Below, piece after piece: positions 1 through 9,461 of a stretch of 64,000 nt of DNA. How positions within the stretch are numbered: position 1 is the first letter of the stretch; each line of letters opens with the position of its first letter. The notes below the pieces were generated by a model. The model made no database searches, was not told where the DNA came from, and saw nothing but the letters and a program-made list of their open reading frames with translations. The stretch comes from Candidatus Babelota bacterium (GTDB lineage: Bacteria > Babelota > Babeliae > Babelales > CAIQNR01): assembly GCA_965658655.1 (NCBI GenBank), contig CBFHTA010000001.1, positions 8,722 to 72,721 on the forward strand, read 5' to 3'. A program made the translations under genes and the position numbers.

Positions 1-1157
1 GCTGCATTAATTTTCTCTTGATATTCTTTTTCAAGTTGAGCATTTGTCTGCTTCTCACGCAATGCACTTGCCTTGTTCGCAGCATCAAGAGCTTGCTGCG
101 CTAACTCTTCTCGTAACGATTCTTGTTCTGCTTGTAAACGGGTTGCTTCTTTTTGAGTTTTCCTTAGAAACCCCTCATAAACAAGCTGCTTTTCTTTTGC
201 TACTTGTTCAAGATCATCTGCCTTTTCTTTTGTTTGTGCCAATAAAGCTTGTTGTTTTGCCTCCTGCTCTTCTTTCCCCTCTGCACCAACCTTCTTTAAA
301 ATATTTTCGTAGGCAGACTTTGCTTTCTCTAAATTATTCTCAAGTTTTTTAACTTCTCGAGCACGAACTTTTAAGCGATCTCTCTGTGATTCTGCCGATC
401 TTACCTCACCCCTTAACCTTCCAATTGTTTCATTTATTTTATATTGCGCAGCTCTTTGAAAAGTATTATCCGTCTGTTTTTTATACATACTCTTTAATTG
501 ATCAACTCTAACGTTTGCAGCATCAATTTCTTCTTGTAGAACAGCACTTGTTTGATTCTTACCATCTACAACTCTTTGAGCTTCATTCAGCACAGACTGC
601 GCATTTGCAATCTTTTTTTTCATCTTTGGTTGTAATTCATCTATTTGTTCTGAGGTTAGCTGAAGTGGTGTATTACTTGAAGATTGGTTTCCATCTTCCG
701 TTTGCCCCATCATAGAACGGTATTGCTCCTGGTGTTCATCAGCAGTTTTACGTGCTTGATTAAAACTATTCTGTGCTTCATTTAAACCCTGCAAGTCAAG
801 CCCACGATTAATGTATGCAGCATTAGGACCCGATGCAAAACCACCTTGAACACTAGAATAAGTCCCTTGGTCGGGAGCAACAGGCACAAAACCTTCTGGT
901 TGAATTTGATCATATTGACCTCCAGATGTATGAAATGTTCCTTTAGAAGAAGAATCATTACCTTCTGGCTGAAAGTTTAAGATCGGCACTGAAGTGTCCG
1001 GAGAGTCTCCATATTCTTGCTCACGATAAAAATCTGATTCTTGGGGCTCTTCAACAAAAGTTGTAGGCTCTGTGGGCTCTGGAATAAAATCCATAACCAT
1101 AAGCTGCGAACTCATACCAAATAACAAAATAAGCGTAAATGTAGTGAGCCGCTTCAT
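1..1157 (-). CDS. Secreted coiled-coil hypothetical protein, 3' end outside window
   Basis: Translated by hand, not in ORF track because no stop lies in the window: GGAGG RBS then ATG at 1157, MKRLTTFTLILLFGMSSQLMVMDFIPEP..., open to base 1; later part is E/K/Q/A-rich heptad-like. Confidence 0.8.
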   Translation of the reverse strand, partial: MKRLTTFTLILLFGMSSQLMVMDFIPEPTEPTTFVEEPQESDFYREQEYGDSPDTSVPILNFQPEGNDSSSKGTFHTSGGQYDQIQPEGFVPVAPDQGTYSSVQGGFASGPNAAYINRGLDLQGLNEAQNSFNQARKTADEHQEQYRSMMGQTEDGNQSSSNTPLQLTSEQIDELQPKMKKKIANAQSVLNEAQRVVDGKNQTSAVLQEEIDAANVRVDQLKSMYKKQTDNTFQRAAQYKINETIGRLRGEVRSAESQRDRLKVRAREVKKLENNLEKAKSAYENILKKVGAEGKEEQEAKQQALLAQTKEKADDLEQVAKEKQLVYEGFLRKTQKEATRLQAEQESLREELAQQALDAANKASALREKQTNAQLEKEYQEKINA

Positions 1158-1264
1158 TGATACAACCTCCTAATAAACCTAATAATCTTTATTGAGATTA
1201 CCAATTCCCCATAGCTAAATGCAAGACAATTTAGCTATAATATATATAGGAGTCTTTATTAAGC

Positions 1265-1603
1265 TTAAAAAGAAAGTTCTTTACCTGCACAAAAATGTAG
1301 ATGTATATGAAAAACAGTCTGACCAACCCCTTTTCCATTATTACTGATAAGCCTAAAATTCTTAGCCTTAGGATCCGCATCAGAAATTTGTTTGGCCATT
1401 AAAAGCAAGTCACCACCTAAAGCTTTATCTTCAAGCTTTAGGTGCGCGATATCTTGAATATGTTTTTTTGGGATAATTAAATAATGAATGGGAGTCTTTG
1501 GAGCAATATCTTGAATCACAATAACATTGTCATTCTCAGCAATAATTTTTGCTGGAATCTCTTTATTAATAATTTTGCAAAAAATACAATCTTCATTATT
1601 CAC
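1265..1603 (-). CDS. Histidine triad (HIT) nucleotide-binding protein, HinT-like
   Basis: N-terminal DCIFCKI and C-terminal GQTVFHIHLH triad. Confidence 0.93.
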   Translation of the reverse strand: MNNEDCIFCKIINKEIPAKIIAENDNVIVIQDIAPKTPIHYLIIPKKHIQDIAHLKLEDKALGGDLLLMAKQISDADPKAKNFRLISNNGKGVGQTVFHIHLHFCAGKELSF

Positions 1604-1624
1604 TATTTATCTTTCTATCTAAAG

Positions 1625-2071
1625 TTATTTTCGCTTACTAATGCTCTTAGGAGTAAGAGTAATAAAGTCTTCATCAAGTGTAAGTTTGTTGTCAGATGCG
1701 TCCACATAACCATGCGCTTCTAAAAAACAACTGTTAGCAGTTGATGCAGCCGATATTGTAGCATGAACGAAAAATTTATTCCGTGGATCTTTTTGAATAT
1801 GATATTCTTTATAAAAATTTTCCATACCATGTTGCTTTGTCCCTAAAAAACCTACAAAGAATTGTTTTCCTATACCAACATCTTCAATTTTAAAAAGAAA
1901 AACTCTGCCCGGGTTTTCCTCACACCAACCCCTGATATGTTCAACATATTGCTTTTGTCTTATAGAACTAAAATCAGAACCTGACTTTACACACGCTACT
2001 TTTGCATCTGGTTGCATACACGAACTATTAAAAGAAAAAAGAAAGAGAAACAAAACAAACATTTTTTTCAT
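1625..2071 (-). CDS. Hypothetical exported protein
   Basis: AAGGAG RBS, MKKMFVLFLFLFSFNSSC signal-like N-terminus, no recognisable domain. Confidence 0.7.
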   Translation of the reverse strand: MKKMFVLFLFLFSFNSSCMQPDAKVACVKSGSDFSSIRQKQYVEHIRGWCEENPGRVFLFKIEDVGIGKQFFVGFLGTKQHGMENFYKEYHIQKDPRNKFFVHATISAASTANSCFLEAHGYVDASDNKLTLDEDFITLTPKSISKRK

Positions 2072-2087
2072 AGATACTCCTTAAACA

Positions 2088-3041
2088 TTATTCACTTGTA
2101 TTGGCACCAATTTTTACTAGAATATAATCAAGCATAGTTTCTGCAATAGTTTTACCTACAATTTTCTCTAAACCAATAAACCCTGGAGCAGAATTTGCTT
2201 CACATATTTTAAAACCATTTTCATCAAACAATAAATCGATACCTGCAATATCAAGGCCTAAAAGCTTGGCTGTTTCTGTTGCAAGCCATTCACCTTCTGG
2301 AGACAATTCAAATTCACTTACATCTCCACCACGAGAAACATTAGACTTAAAACTAGTTTTTGAAGAACGCTTCATACATGCAACCACTTTGCCACCAACA
2401 ACAAATACACGAACATCTTGCCCTCTACTAGTTGCAATAAATTCTTGTAAAATAATATTAGCATTGCTGTTATTTGTATAAATCAACTCCATGACATCAG
2501 TAAATTTATCTTCTGAATCACACAAATAAATACCTGTGCCCTGCATACCGGTAACATTTTTAATAACAAGAGGAAATCCAATTTCTCTTTTTACCAATGC
2601 AGTATCAATAGGAAACTTTGCAAGCATAGTATGCGGTGTAGCCAAACTACTATGAGCAAGTTTTTGATGCATATATAATTTATCTTTTACCGATTCAATA
2701 GCATCAGCTGTATTACAGACATAGACCCCTAAATATTCTAACTGACGAATAACCGATAGAGCAAAAAATCCCGTTTTAGAACCCAAGCGAGGCAAAACAA
2801 AATCTGGTAAAGGAATCTGTTTATCATCAATTAAAATACTTTTTCTATCATCTCTGGTTACAACAAGTTCAAATTGCTCAGGCAAAACAACTTGTAAGTC
2901 AATCTCTCGAGCACGAGCAACTTCTAGCAAGCGAATAATGTTGTAATCTTTTTCTACCAGTCTATCTTCTGGCGTATGATAAATAATGAGCCCTCGAATC
3001 ATCTGGTCCATCCTGTTTAAGAAGGTTTTTAGATTCACCAA
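2088..3041 (-). CDS. RimK family ATP-grasp alpha-L-glutamate ligase
   Basis: LPRLG, DKLY, QEFI, DVRVFVVG, SNVSRGG, GIDLL, EANSAPG motifs; true start may be a few codons downstream. Confidence 0.9.
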   Translation of the reverse strand: MVNLKTFLNRMDQMIRGLIIYHTPEDRLVEKDYNIIRLLEVARAREIDLQVVLPEQFELVVTRDDRKSILIDDKQIPLPDFVLPRLGSKTGFFALSVIRQLEYLGVYVCNTADAIESVKDKLYMHQKLAHSSLATPHTMLAKFPIDTALVKREIGFPLVIKNVTGMQGTGIYLCDSEDKFTDVMELIYTNNSNANIILQEFIATSRGQDVRVFVVGGKVVACMKRSSKTSFKSNVSRGGDVSEFELSPEGEWLATETAKLLGLDIAGIDLLFDENGFKICEANSAPGFIGLEKIVGKTIAETMLDYILVKIGANTSE

Positions 3042-3081
3042 GAATAACTCAAAAAAAAAGAAAGGGAAGATTTTTATTAGG

Positions 3082-3171
3082 TGGAGGAGAGAGTGGGATT
3101 CGAACCCACGGTCCGCGCAAACGGACTTCGGTTTTCAAGACCGACGCATTCGACCACTCTGCCATCTCTCC
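3082..3171 (-). tRNA. tRNA-Ser(TGA)
   Basis: Reverse complement folds as cloverleaf, anticodon loop CTTGAAA, long variable arm, GTTCGAATC T-loop, encoded CCA. Confidence 0.96.
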
Positions 3172-3180
3172 AAACCAATA

Positions 3181-3257
3181 TGGTGCGCCCAGGAGGAGTC
3201 GAACCTCCAACCTTCAGATTCGTAGTCTGACACTCTATCCAATTGAGCTATGGGCGC
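3181..3257 (-). tRNA. tRNA-Arg(ACG)
   Basis: GCGCCCATAGCTCAATTGGATAGAG..., anticodon loop CTACGAA, encoded CCA. Confidence 0.96.
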
Positions 3258-3287
3258 CTAATATTTCAATACCCAGTACTCTAAGAC

Positions 3288-3374
3288 TGGTACCGAGGGC
3301 CGGACTCGAACCGGCACAATGTTGCCATCGCGGGATTTTGAATCCCGTGCGTCTACCAATTCCGCCACCCCGGC
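3288..3374 (-). tRNA. tRNA-Leu(CAA)
   Basis: GCCGGGGTGGCGGAATTGGTAGAC..., anticodon loop TTCAAAA, long variable arm, encoded CCA. Confidence 0.96.
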
Positions 3375-3434
3375 AATAATTTCAAAGGTTGATAAAAGAG
3401 TAATGAAAAAGTGCTTACTCGTCAAACTATAAAG

Positions 3435-3734
3435 CTAAAAAATAAGGTTTTTTTGATACGATAACCCCAGTTTATCGCAAAATTGCTCTAACGCTAGGCT
3501 TTTATGAATCTTGATTTTCTTTTTTCTGACGGTTAATCCAGCAATAATCTCAATATCATTTTGAGGAATTTTAAGCTTTTTAGATAATAATTTAATAAAT
3601 TCTTTATTAGCAGCACCTTTTTCTGGAGCACTTTTAAGAAAACATTTTACATTACCCTGTTTATCAAGCTCAAACCCACTCCGTCCTGATAGTGGCACCA
3701 CGTTTATTTCTAACACAAGAGCCATATTTTTCAT
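3435..3734 (-). CDS. DUF167 / YggU family protein
   Basis: V.P.S...LKSAPEKGAANKEFIKLLSK.L.I....IEII.G.T.R.K pattern. Confidence 0.85.
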   Translation of the reverse strand: MKNMALVLEINVVPLSGRSGFELDKQGNVKCFLKSAPEKGAANKEFIKLLSKKLKIPQNDIEIIAGLTVRKKKIKIHKSLALEQFCDKLGLSYQKNLIF

Positions 3735-3771
3735 CTTTTATTGAAAGCCTTATCCACTAATAAACAACACC

Positions 3772-4281
3772 TTAAAGATTCAGACAATTTTTTAACCAAA
3801 GCCAATAAACAAGTTTATCACAACACGTTGGTTCTATCTCATCGTTTTTTTTATTTCTTACAAAGCTAACTGTACCATCCTCATCGTCAACTGCACCTAT
3901 TACAAGGAGACATGGACTTCGAGATACTGCCGTATATTGAGGACACGCAGACATTGCTCCATAACCAGGAAATTCTTCATCAAGCTTTTCCTCTTTTTGC
4001 ATATCCTCAAGCCATTCATCTCTAACGGGTCCATTAGCTTTCTTGATGCTCAACTTATCCTTGGGTTCATAAAGAATAATCCACTCGGCGTTTGATTTTT
4101 TTGGTCCAAGAAGTGGTTGCATTTCTATTACCTCAGAAACTGTAGGAATAAAACTTTGTGGGCCATTCTCTACTTTCTGTATAACAAGGTCCAATCTACT
4201 TGCTCCTTGACCCGCAAAACCTGAAGGTCCTCCACAAAACCCCCAACCAAGAATTATTATAAAGCAATACTGCTTACTCAT
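3772..4281 (-). CDS. Hypothetical protein with Cys-rich C-terminus
   Basis: ORF track 3772..4323; ATG 4281 gives a signal-like start (MSKQYCFIIILGWG); ends PTCCDKLVYWLWLKNCLNL. Confidence 0.6.
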   Translation of the reverse strand: MSKQYCFIIILGWGFCGGPSGFAGQGASRLDLVIQKVENGPQSFIPTVSEVIEMQPLLGPKKSNAEWIILYEPKDKLSIKKANGPVRDEWLEDMQKEEKLDEEFPGYGAMSACPQYTAVSRSPCLLVIGAVDDEDGTVSFVRNKKNDEIEPTCCDKLVYWLWLKNCLNL

Positions 4282-4319
4282 TCCACACCCCATCGATACA
4301 ACAACTACACGTCTTTCCT

Positions 4320-4646
4320 TCAAGACCTCTGACTACAATGGCACTTTTTACTACAATAAAAAATCACCCCTAGACAATGAAAAGCAGCGGGAAAAGCACA
4401 ATCACGAAAACAGTTCTTTTGGCAAGAAGAATGATCCGAGTCAGAAGATACAACTCGAACAGAGGGCATTCGGTTATCATCTACATCTCCCGTGGCAGAA
4501 CCAATAGCCTTAGAAGCTTGATCTCTGGGCTGACTCTTTAACGCGCCATACTGCCCTGCTATACTTTCTTCAGGGGGCACCTCATGTTTTGTTGGAAGAA
4601 GAAAAAAGAAAGACCCTAATAACAAAATTGAAAACAAACACTTCAT
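4320..4646 (-). CDS. Hypothetical exported protein with Cys-rich C-terminus
   Basis: AAGGTGGA RBS, MKCLFSILLLGSFFFLL signal, seven Cys in the last ~35 aa. Confidence 0.65.
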   Translation of the reverse strand: MKCLFSILLLGSFFFLLPTKHEVPPEESIAGQYGALKSQPRDQASKAIGSATGDVDDNRMPSVRVVSSDSDHSSCQKNCFRDCAFPAAFHCLGVIFYCSKKCHCSQRS

Positions 4647-4741
4647 ATTTCCACCTTAAAAACAACGGTCCGCAATATTAAACTTGCATAAACTGCCCAA
4701 TACCGTATCCTTTTTAACACTCAAAGATAAAGTATTTGTTT

Positions 4742-4832
4742 GGAGAGGTGGCTGAGTGGTCTAAAGCGCTCGCCTGCTAAGCGAGATCTGGGGTAACCCG
4801 GAACGAGGGTTCGAATCCCTTCCTCTCCTCCA
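4742..4832 (+). tRNA. tRNA-Ser(GCT)
   Basis: GGAGAGG/CCTCTCC acceptor stem, anticodon loop CTGCTAA, long variable arm, encoded CCA. Confidence 0.96.
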
Positions 4833-5002
4833 TTCTCTTTAAAACCTAACCCCAATCTAAATCAGACAAATTTTAAAAAGATCAATCTCTTTGCCAAGAC
4901 TGTAATCTTTCTTTCTGAAAATTATTAATGCGTAAAAAAAATGAGACTATCAAGCTAAAAAAGCCCATAGTCTCATTGAAAATTAGTTGCTAAATAAACT
5001 TA

Positions 5003-5329
5003 TTAATTTTTATTGTTTAACGATCCAAACCCCGCTGCTCCTTGAGCCCATTTCGCGCCGAAGTCATTACCATTTTTTTTCATCTGTTGCATACCAGTTA
5101 CATTGCTAGAATCTTCTTCTCTTTTCAGATTTTTCTGAATACTCTGATTTCCAAGTTCTTCATTTACTAATGCTATTCCACCTACTCCTACAAGCAAATT
5201 CAAAGTAGAAACTTCTCTTCGCTTTTGATCTTCTTCCTTTCCTCCAGCCCAAGCAGACGCAGCAACAACGAGCGACACTAACAACAATAAGTACTTCATA
5301 CCATTCCTTTTAAAAATAAGCTGATTCAA
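5003..5329 (-). CDS. Hypothetical exported protein
   Basis: Likely start at internal MKYLLLLVSLVVAASAWA (AWA cleavage site) after AAGGAA. Confidence 0.65.
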   Translation of the reverse strand: MNQLIFKRNGMKYLLLLVSLVVAASAWAGGKEEDQKRREVSTLNLLVGVGGIALVNEELGNQSIQKNLKREEDSSNVTGMQQMKKNGNDFGAKWAQGAAGFGSLNNKN

Positions 5330-5432
5330 CTTTATTTAACATAACTATTTGAGTCGAGGGTAATCAGAAAACAAACCTTCGTAAACCACATATTCTACTA
5401 CATTACAGGAATGTAATAGAATAAAAGCAAAA

Positions 5433-5461
5433 TTGACCCAAAATAAGAGTGTGTATATACT
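5433..5461 (+). promoter_or_regulatory. Sigma70-type promoter for the MutS-like gene
   Basis: TTGACC-17 bp-TATACT. Confidence 0.65.
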
Positions 5462-5496
5462 AATGTATAGGCTATTTTGAGGGATTTTCTAATTAA

Positions 5497-7569
5497 TTGG
5501 AGCGATATTCTATGCACCCAAACAAATTTACATTTCTAGGGGTTTTGTTTTTTTTGACCCCCTTTTTTACAGCAACAAATACTACAACTCTTTATGACAT
5601 AATGGCGCGAGACAATCTTCGAACTATTGCACATCAAAGTAATAAAAAAGAAAAAGAAACATTTTCTAGAAAAACATTTTCTCAGATCTTAAACAAAGCG
5701 CTTCACCAACAACAAAATTTATCTCCAGAAAAAAAACGGTATCTTGTCTATAAGCTTTTAGCTGATTATGAAAAACAATGCCCTTCAGAACTTTCTGATG
5801 TACTTGATACAACATCGTGGCAAGACTTAGAAATGCTTTCTGGTCCAAAATCAAATATCTCTCACTATCTTGGAATCAAGATTGATCAAACCGCTACAGA
5901 AACCGGTAGAATTACTCTTTTCAAAAAACTTATTCAACCTCGATGTGATCTTGATTATTTAAAAAAGAATCAAACTATTGTGCAAGAGCTCGTTTCTAAT
6001 GAAGATCTTTTCTTAGACATAGAACATCATTTACAGCGACTTAAAAAAACAGAGAACATTATTCTTTGCTTATGGGAAGAAGATATTTATGAAAGCATTT
6101 TAAAACAAGGCGGCTTAAGTATTCCCTATGCACCGGAAGCTTCTGAATGGATGGATAGAAGCACGCTACTTGTTGAGTTTATAAATACAGGTCGATTAGC
6201 TAGCCTCATATGTACAAATGCCGCTAAAGCTGCTGCTGCTATTGTGCTTCCTATTCAAGGCATTGCCTGCCTGCAAGGTTCTTCTTTTAACGAAACTATT
6301 AAATATTGGACTCCAGCTTTACAAGGCGTAAGTATTTTAAGTGTCACTGGTTTAGTTCTTTCTGCACTCAGGAATAAATTTCCTGACAATAAAAAATTAG
6401 AAGGTTTTTCTGATATAGCTGTAGGACCTGTAGGTGGAGTTGATGTTCTTTACTTAGAAGACCAATTACGCAACGAAGCCAGCTTTAAAAAAGGGTTGCA
6501 AACAAAATTAATAGCAGCTGCACAATATATCGATAGCTTGAAGCAACTCAGTAAAATCACACAAAATAATCGAATACTCAAAGAAGAGTTCCCTGCTATT
6601 ACCACCATTAGTGAAGACTTAGAAGAACTATCCAAAAAATCTGTTGAGATTCAACAACTTCTTGGTCTTTTAGAAACAAGCACCTTTAAAGGAAAGCCTC
6701 GTCTTCTTTCTTTATACGGACCAATGTATGTTTCTTATAAAATTCTAACGAACATGAAACATAAATTTGTTCCATTCATGGCCCGCTCTGGTGAACTTGA
6801 TGCATATTTATCATGTGCAAAATTAATCAAGAGCTCAAAGAATAATCGTGCTGGTTTCTGTTTTCCAAAGTATGTCACCAATGTAACGCAACCATTTGTT
6901 CAAGGGCAAGATTTCTGGAACCCTGCAATTGATCCTAAAAAAGTTGTTTCCAGTTCTTTAACTATTGGCCACCAAGCAAGACCAAATATTATTGTTACTG
7001 GACCAAATGCAGGTGGAAAATCAACGGTAATTAAAGGTCTCATCCTGAATGTTATTATGTCTCAAAGTTTGGGAATTGCTGCAGCACGTTCATTTACCCT
7101 CACTCCTTTTCATAATATTATTACGTATCTTAATATTACTGACGATATTGCGGCTGGAAATTCTCACTTTAAAGCTGGAGTATTGCGAGCAAAAGATCTT
7201 ATTGAAACAGCAGAAAAACAAAAAGGTAATAACTTTAGCTTTACTGCAGTAGATGAAGTCTTCAATGGAACTTCTCATGAAGAAGGCCAAGCTGCCGCGT
7301 ATTCTTTAATTGAACAATTAGGAAGTTGCCGAAACAATATGTGTGTAACGATTACTCATTTTCCAAAAGTAACGTGCTTAGAAAAAGATACTAATAATTT
7401 CACGAACTACCGTGTTACCGTTCAAAAAGACAGTCAAGGTCGCATTTCTTATCCTTACAGGCTCGAAAAAGGCATAGCTAATCAATCTATTGCCATTGAT
7501 ATTTTGAAACAAGAAGGATTTAGTGCTACGTTTCTTAATAAGGCTCAACAAATTTTAAACGAATCATAA
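5497..7569 (+). CDS. MutS-related ATPase (domain V) with hydrophobic N-terminus
   Basis: Walker A TGPNAGGKST, NITDDIAAGNSHF, Walker B AVDEVFNGT, ITHF, YRLEKG; no recognisable mismatch-binding domain I. Confidence 0.85.
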   Translation: MERYSMHPNKFTFLGVLFFLTPFFTATNTTTLYDIMARDNLRTIAHQSNKKEKETFSRKTFSQILNKALHQQQNLSPEKKRYLVYKLLADYEKQCPSELSDVLDTTSWQDLEMLSGPKSNISHYLGIKIDQTATETGRITLFKKLIQPRCDLDYLKKNQTIVQELVSNEDLFLDIEHHLQRLKKTENIILCLWEEDIYESILKQGGLSIPYAPEASEWMDRSTLLVEFINTGRLASLICTNAAKAAAAIVLPIQGIACLQGSSFNETIKYWTPALQGVSILSVTGLVLSALRNKFPDNKKLEGFSDIAVGPVGGVDVLYLEDQLRNEASFKKGLQTKLIAAAQYIDSLKQLSKITQNNRILKEEFPAITTISEDLEELSKKSVEIQQLLGLLETSTFKGKPRLLSLYGPMYVSYKILTNMKHKFVPFMARSGELDAYLSCAKLIKSSKNNRAGFCFPKYVTNVTQPFVQGQDFWNPAIDPKKVVSSSLTIGHQARPNIIVTGPNAGGKSTVIKGLILNVIMSQSLGIAAARSFTLTPFHNIITYLNITDDIAAGNSHFKAGVLRAKDLIETAEKQKGNNFSFTAVDEVFNGTSHEEGQAAAYSLIEQLGSCRNNMCVTITHFPKVTCLEKDTNNFTNYRVTVQKDSQGRISYPYRLEKGIANQSIAIDILKQEGFSATFLNKAQQILNES

Positions 7570-7579
7570 AGGGGTACTC

Positions 7580-8023
7580 ATGAAAACACGCCGTTTTCTA
7601 TTTAACAAACTTGCTCGTGATAAATCGGTAGAAAGATTAGAAGCTCAAGGAGCAAAAGTTAAACATAAAATTCTTGAAGATAACGCTGAGTACCTAGAAG
7701 GACTTACTCAGAAAATTGTAGAGGAACTAGAAGAAGTATTTGATTCTCAATCTCAAGAAGAATTAATTGTTGAGTTAGCAGATTTAGAAGAAGTTTTAGA
7801 CGCTTTCAAAAAACTTGTAGATATTGATCAAAAAGATATTACAGCAGTTCGTAAGGCAAAAGCCGCTGAACGTGGTCTCTTTGAAAAACGAGTCTTTGCT
7901 GAGTACGCAGATGTGCCAGAATCAGCCACAGAAATAATTGAATATGTAGAAGCTCAACCAGATAAATATCCAGAAATGGATCCGAAAACTGGAAACTTTT
8001 TAGAAATCGAAGAAGACGAATAA
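7580..8023 (+). CDS. All-alpha nucleoside triphosphate pyrophosphohydrolase (MazG-like superfamily)
   Basis: FNKLARDK, K.VEELEE, ELADLEEV, K..ERG.F motifs. Confidence 0.8.
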   Translation: MKTRRFLFNKLARDKSVERLEAQGAKVKHKILEDNAEYLEGLTQKIVEELEEVFDSQSQEELIVELADLEEVLDAFKKLVDIDQKDITAVRKAKAAERGLFEKRVFAEYADVPESATEIIEYVEAQPDKYPEMDPKTGNFLEIEEDE

Positions 8024-8047
8024 GCGTTTTCTACCTAAGGAAACTTA

Positions 8048-9388
8048 ATGTTAGAATCTTTTTTCTCCCACCTAGAACTTATTGATGATAGTTTTTGGGG
8101 ATACGTTGGCGTGCCCGTACTTTTAATTCTTGGTACTTATTTTTCTTATAAAGCCAATTTCATGCAGATTTGCCGCTTTGGCAAAATAGGAAAAATCTTT
8201 TTTAGTTTCTTAGAGAAAGAAGAAAAAACTACAAAGAAAAAAGATGAAGTTCGTGGTATTCCAGGCATTAAGGCATTCTTTGCTGCAGTCGGTGGATGCA
8301 TTGGTATAGCTAATTTAGTATCTGTATGTAGTGCAGTGCAAGTTGGTGGTCCCGGTGCAGTATTCTGGATGTGGATTGGTGCATTCTTAGGAATGATTGT
8401 TAAATACGTAGAAATTTATATTGGTATGAAGTTCCGTGTAAAAAACAAAACAGGTGGCTACGATGGTGGACCTATGTATTTTTTACAACACGCAACAACT
8501 AACCCATGGATTCCTAAATTCGTATGTGTATTGCTCTGTATTTACGGTGTAGACATGTACATCTTTAGAACTGTAACACATAGTTTTGTTTCTTCATGGA
8601 ACTGGAACCCCTACGTGGCCATCGTTGGTTTATTAAGTGCTGTTATCTTTGGTGGAGAAGATGGCATTAAACGAGTTGGTACTATCAGTAGTATTATTGT
8701 TCCATTTTTTTTACTCGCATTTATAGGATGTAGCAGTTGGATATTCTTAACACACTGGGACTTAATTCCTGGTATGATAGCAGATATCTTCTATTCTGCA
8801 TTCACTCCAAAAGCTGCAATTGGCGCTTTTACTGGGGTTAGTGTTTTAACCACTATGTCTTATGGAATGAAACGTGCTTGCTATACAGGTGACATTGGAA
8901 TTGGCTATGCATCTATTATTCATAGTGAATCTTCTGAAAAAAATGCTTCTCGCCAAGCTGCTCTTGGTATCTTTGGTATTTTCTTAGACACCTTTGTAGT
9001 TTGCACTATGAGTGTTTTCCTTATTCTACTTACTGGTGCGTGGCATCAAGGTATTCCCGAAGGACAAATTGTGCCGCATGTTATGAGCCAATACGTTCCT
9101 GGTATTGATATTATTTGGCCACTCTTTGTGTTTATGCTTGGGTACTCAACGTTGCTTGCTATTTTTGCTTCTGGTCACAAAGCAGCTAAATTTTTAAGCC
9201 CAAAATATGGTACGAGTGCTTATAACTTATATGCAATTATTATGTTCTTGGTATTTTCATTTATAGGTACAGATGAACAGATTATGACACCAATGTCTTT
9301 AGTTGGTGGTTTGTTACTGGTTATCAATGTATGGGGAATGCTGAAATTGCGTAAATCGATTTCCTATAAACTTTCTCATAACAAATAA
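8048..9388 (+). CDS. Alanine/glycine:cation symporter (AGCS family)
   Basis: GGPGAVFWMW, GGPMY, FLDTFVVCTMS motifs and many TM segments. Confidence 0.9.
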   Translation: MLESFFSHLELIDDSFWGYVGVPVLLILGTYFSYKANFMQICRFGKIGKIFFSFLEKEEKTTKKKDEVRGIPGIKAFFAAVGGCIGIANLVSVCSAVQVGGPGAVFWMWIGAFLGMIVKYVEIYIGMKFRVKNKTGGYDGGPMYFLQHATTNPWIPKFVCVLLCIYGVDMYIFRTVTHSFVSSWNWNPYVAIVGLLSAVIFGGEDGIKRVGTISSIIVPFFLLAFIGCSSWIFLTHWDLIPGMIADIFYSAFTPKAAIGAFTGVSVLTTMSYGMKRACYTGDIGIGYASIIHSESSEKNASRQAALGIFGIFLDTFVVCTMSVFLILLTGAWHQGIPEGQIVPHVMSQYVPGIDIIWPLFVFMLGYSTLLAIFASGHKAAKFLSPKYGTSAYNLYAIIMFLVFSFIGTDEQIMTPMSLVGGLLLVINVWGMLKLRKSISYKLSHNK

Positions 9389-9461
9389 TATTTAAAACTT
9401 GTTAAAAATGATCTCTTCTTCTACATTACTTCTAATTTAAAATTACTTTTTAGGAGAAGGG

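Noticed and set aside
44..715. Plus-strand Leu/Phe-rich ORFs 44..352 and 515..715
   Set aside because: Antisense to the real minus-strand coiled-coil gene
2986..3225. 79-aa ORF on the plus strand
   Set aside because: Antisense translation of the tRNA genes
3772..3786. CaaX prenylation motif CLNL
   Set aside because: Asn at the a2 position is a poor fit; kept only as part of the weaker Cys-tail observation
3082..5329. Genomic island at the tRNA cluster or tRNA-Ser(GCT)
   Set aside because: No integrase and no duplicated tRNA 3' end was seen; orphans are spread across the whole window
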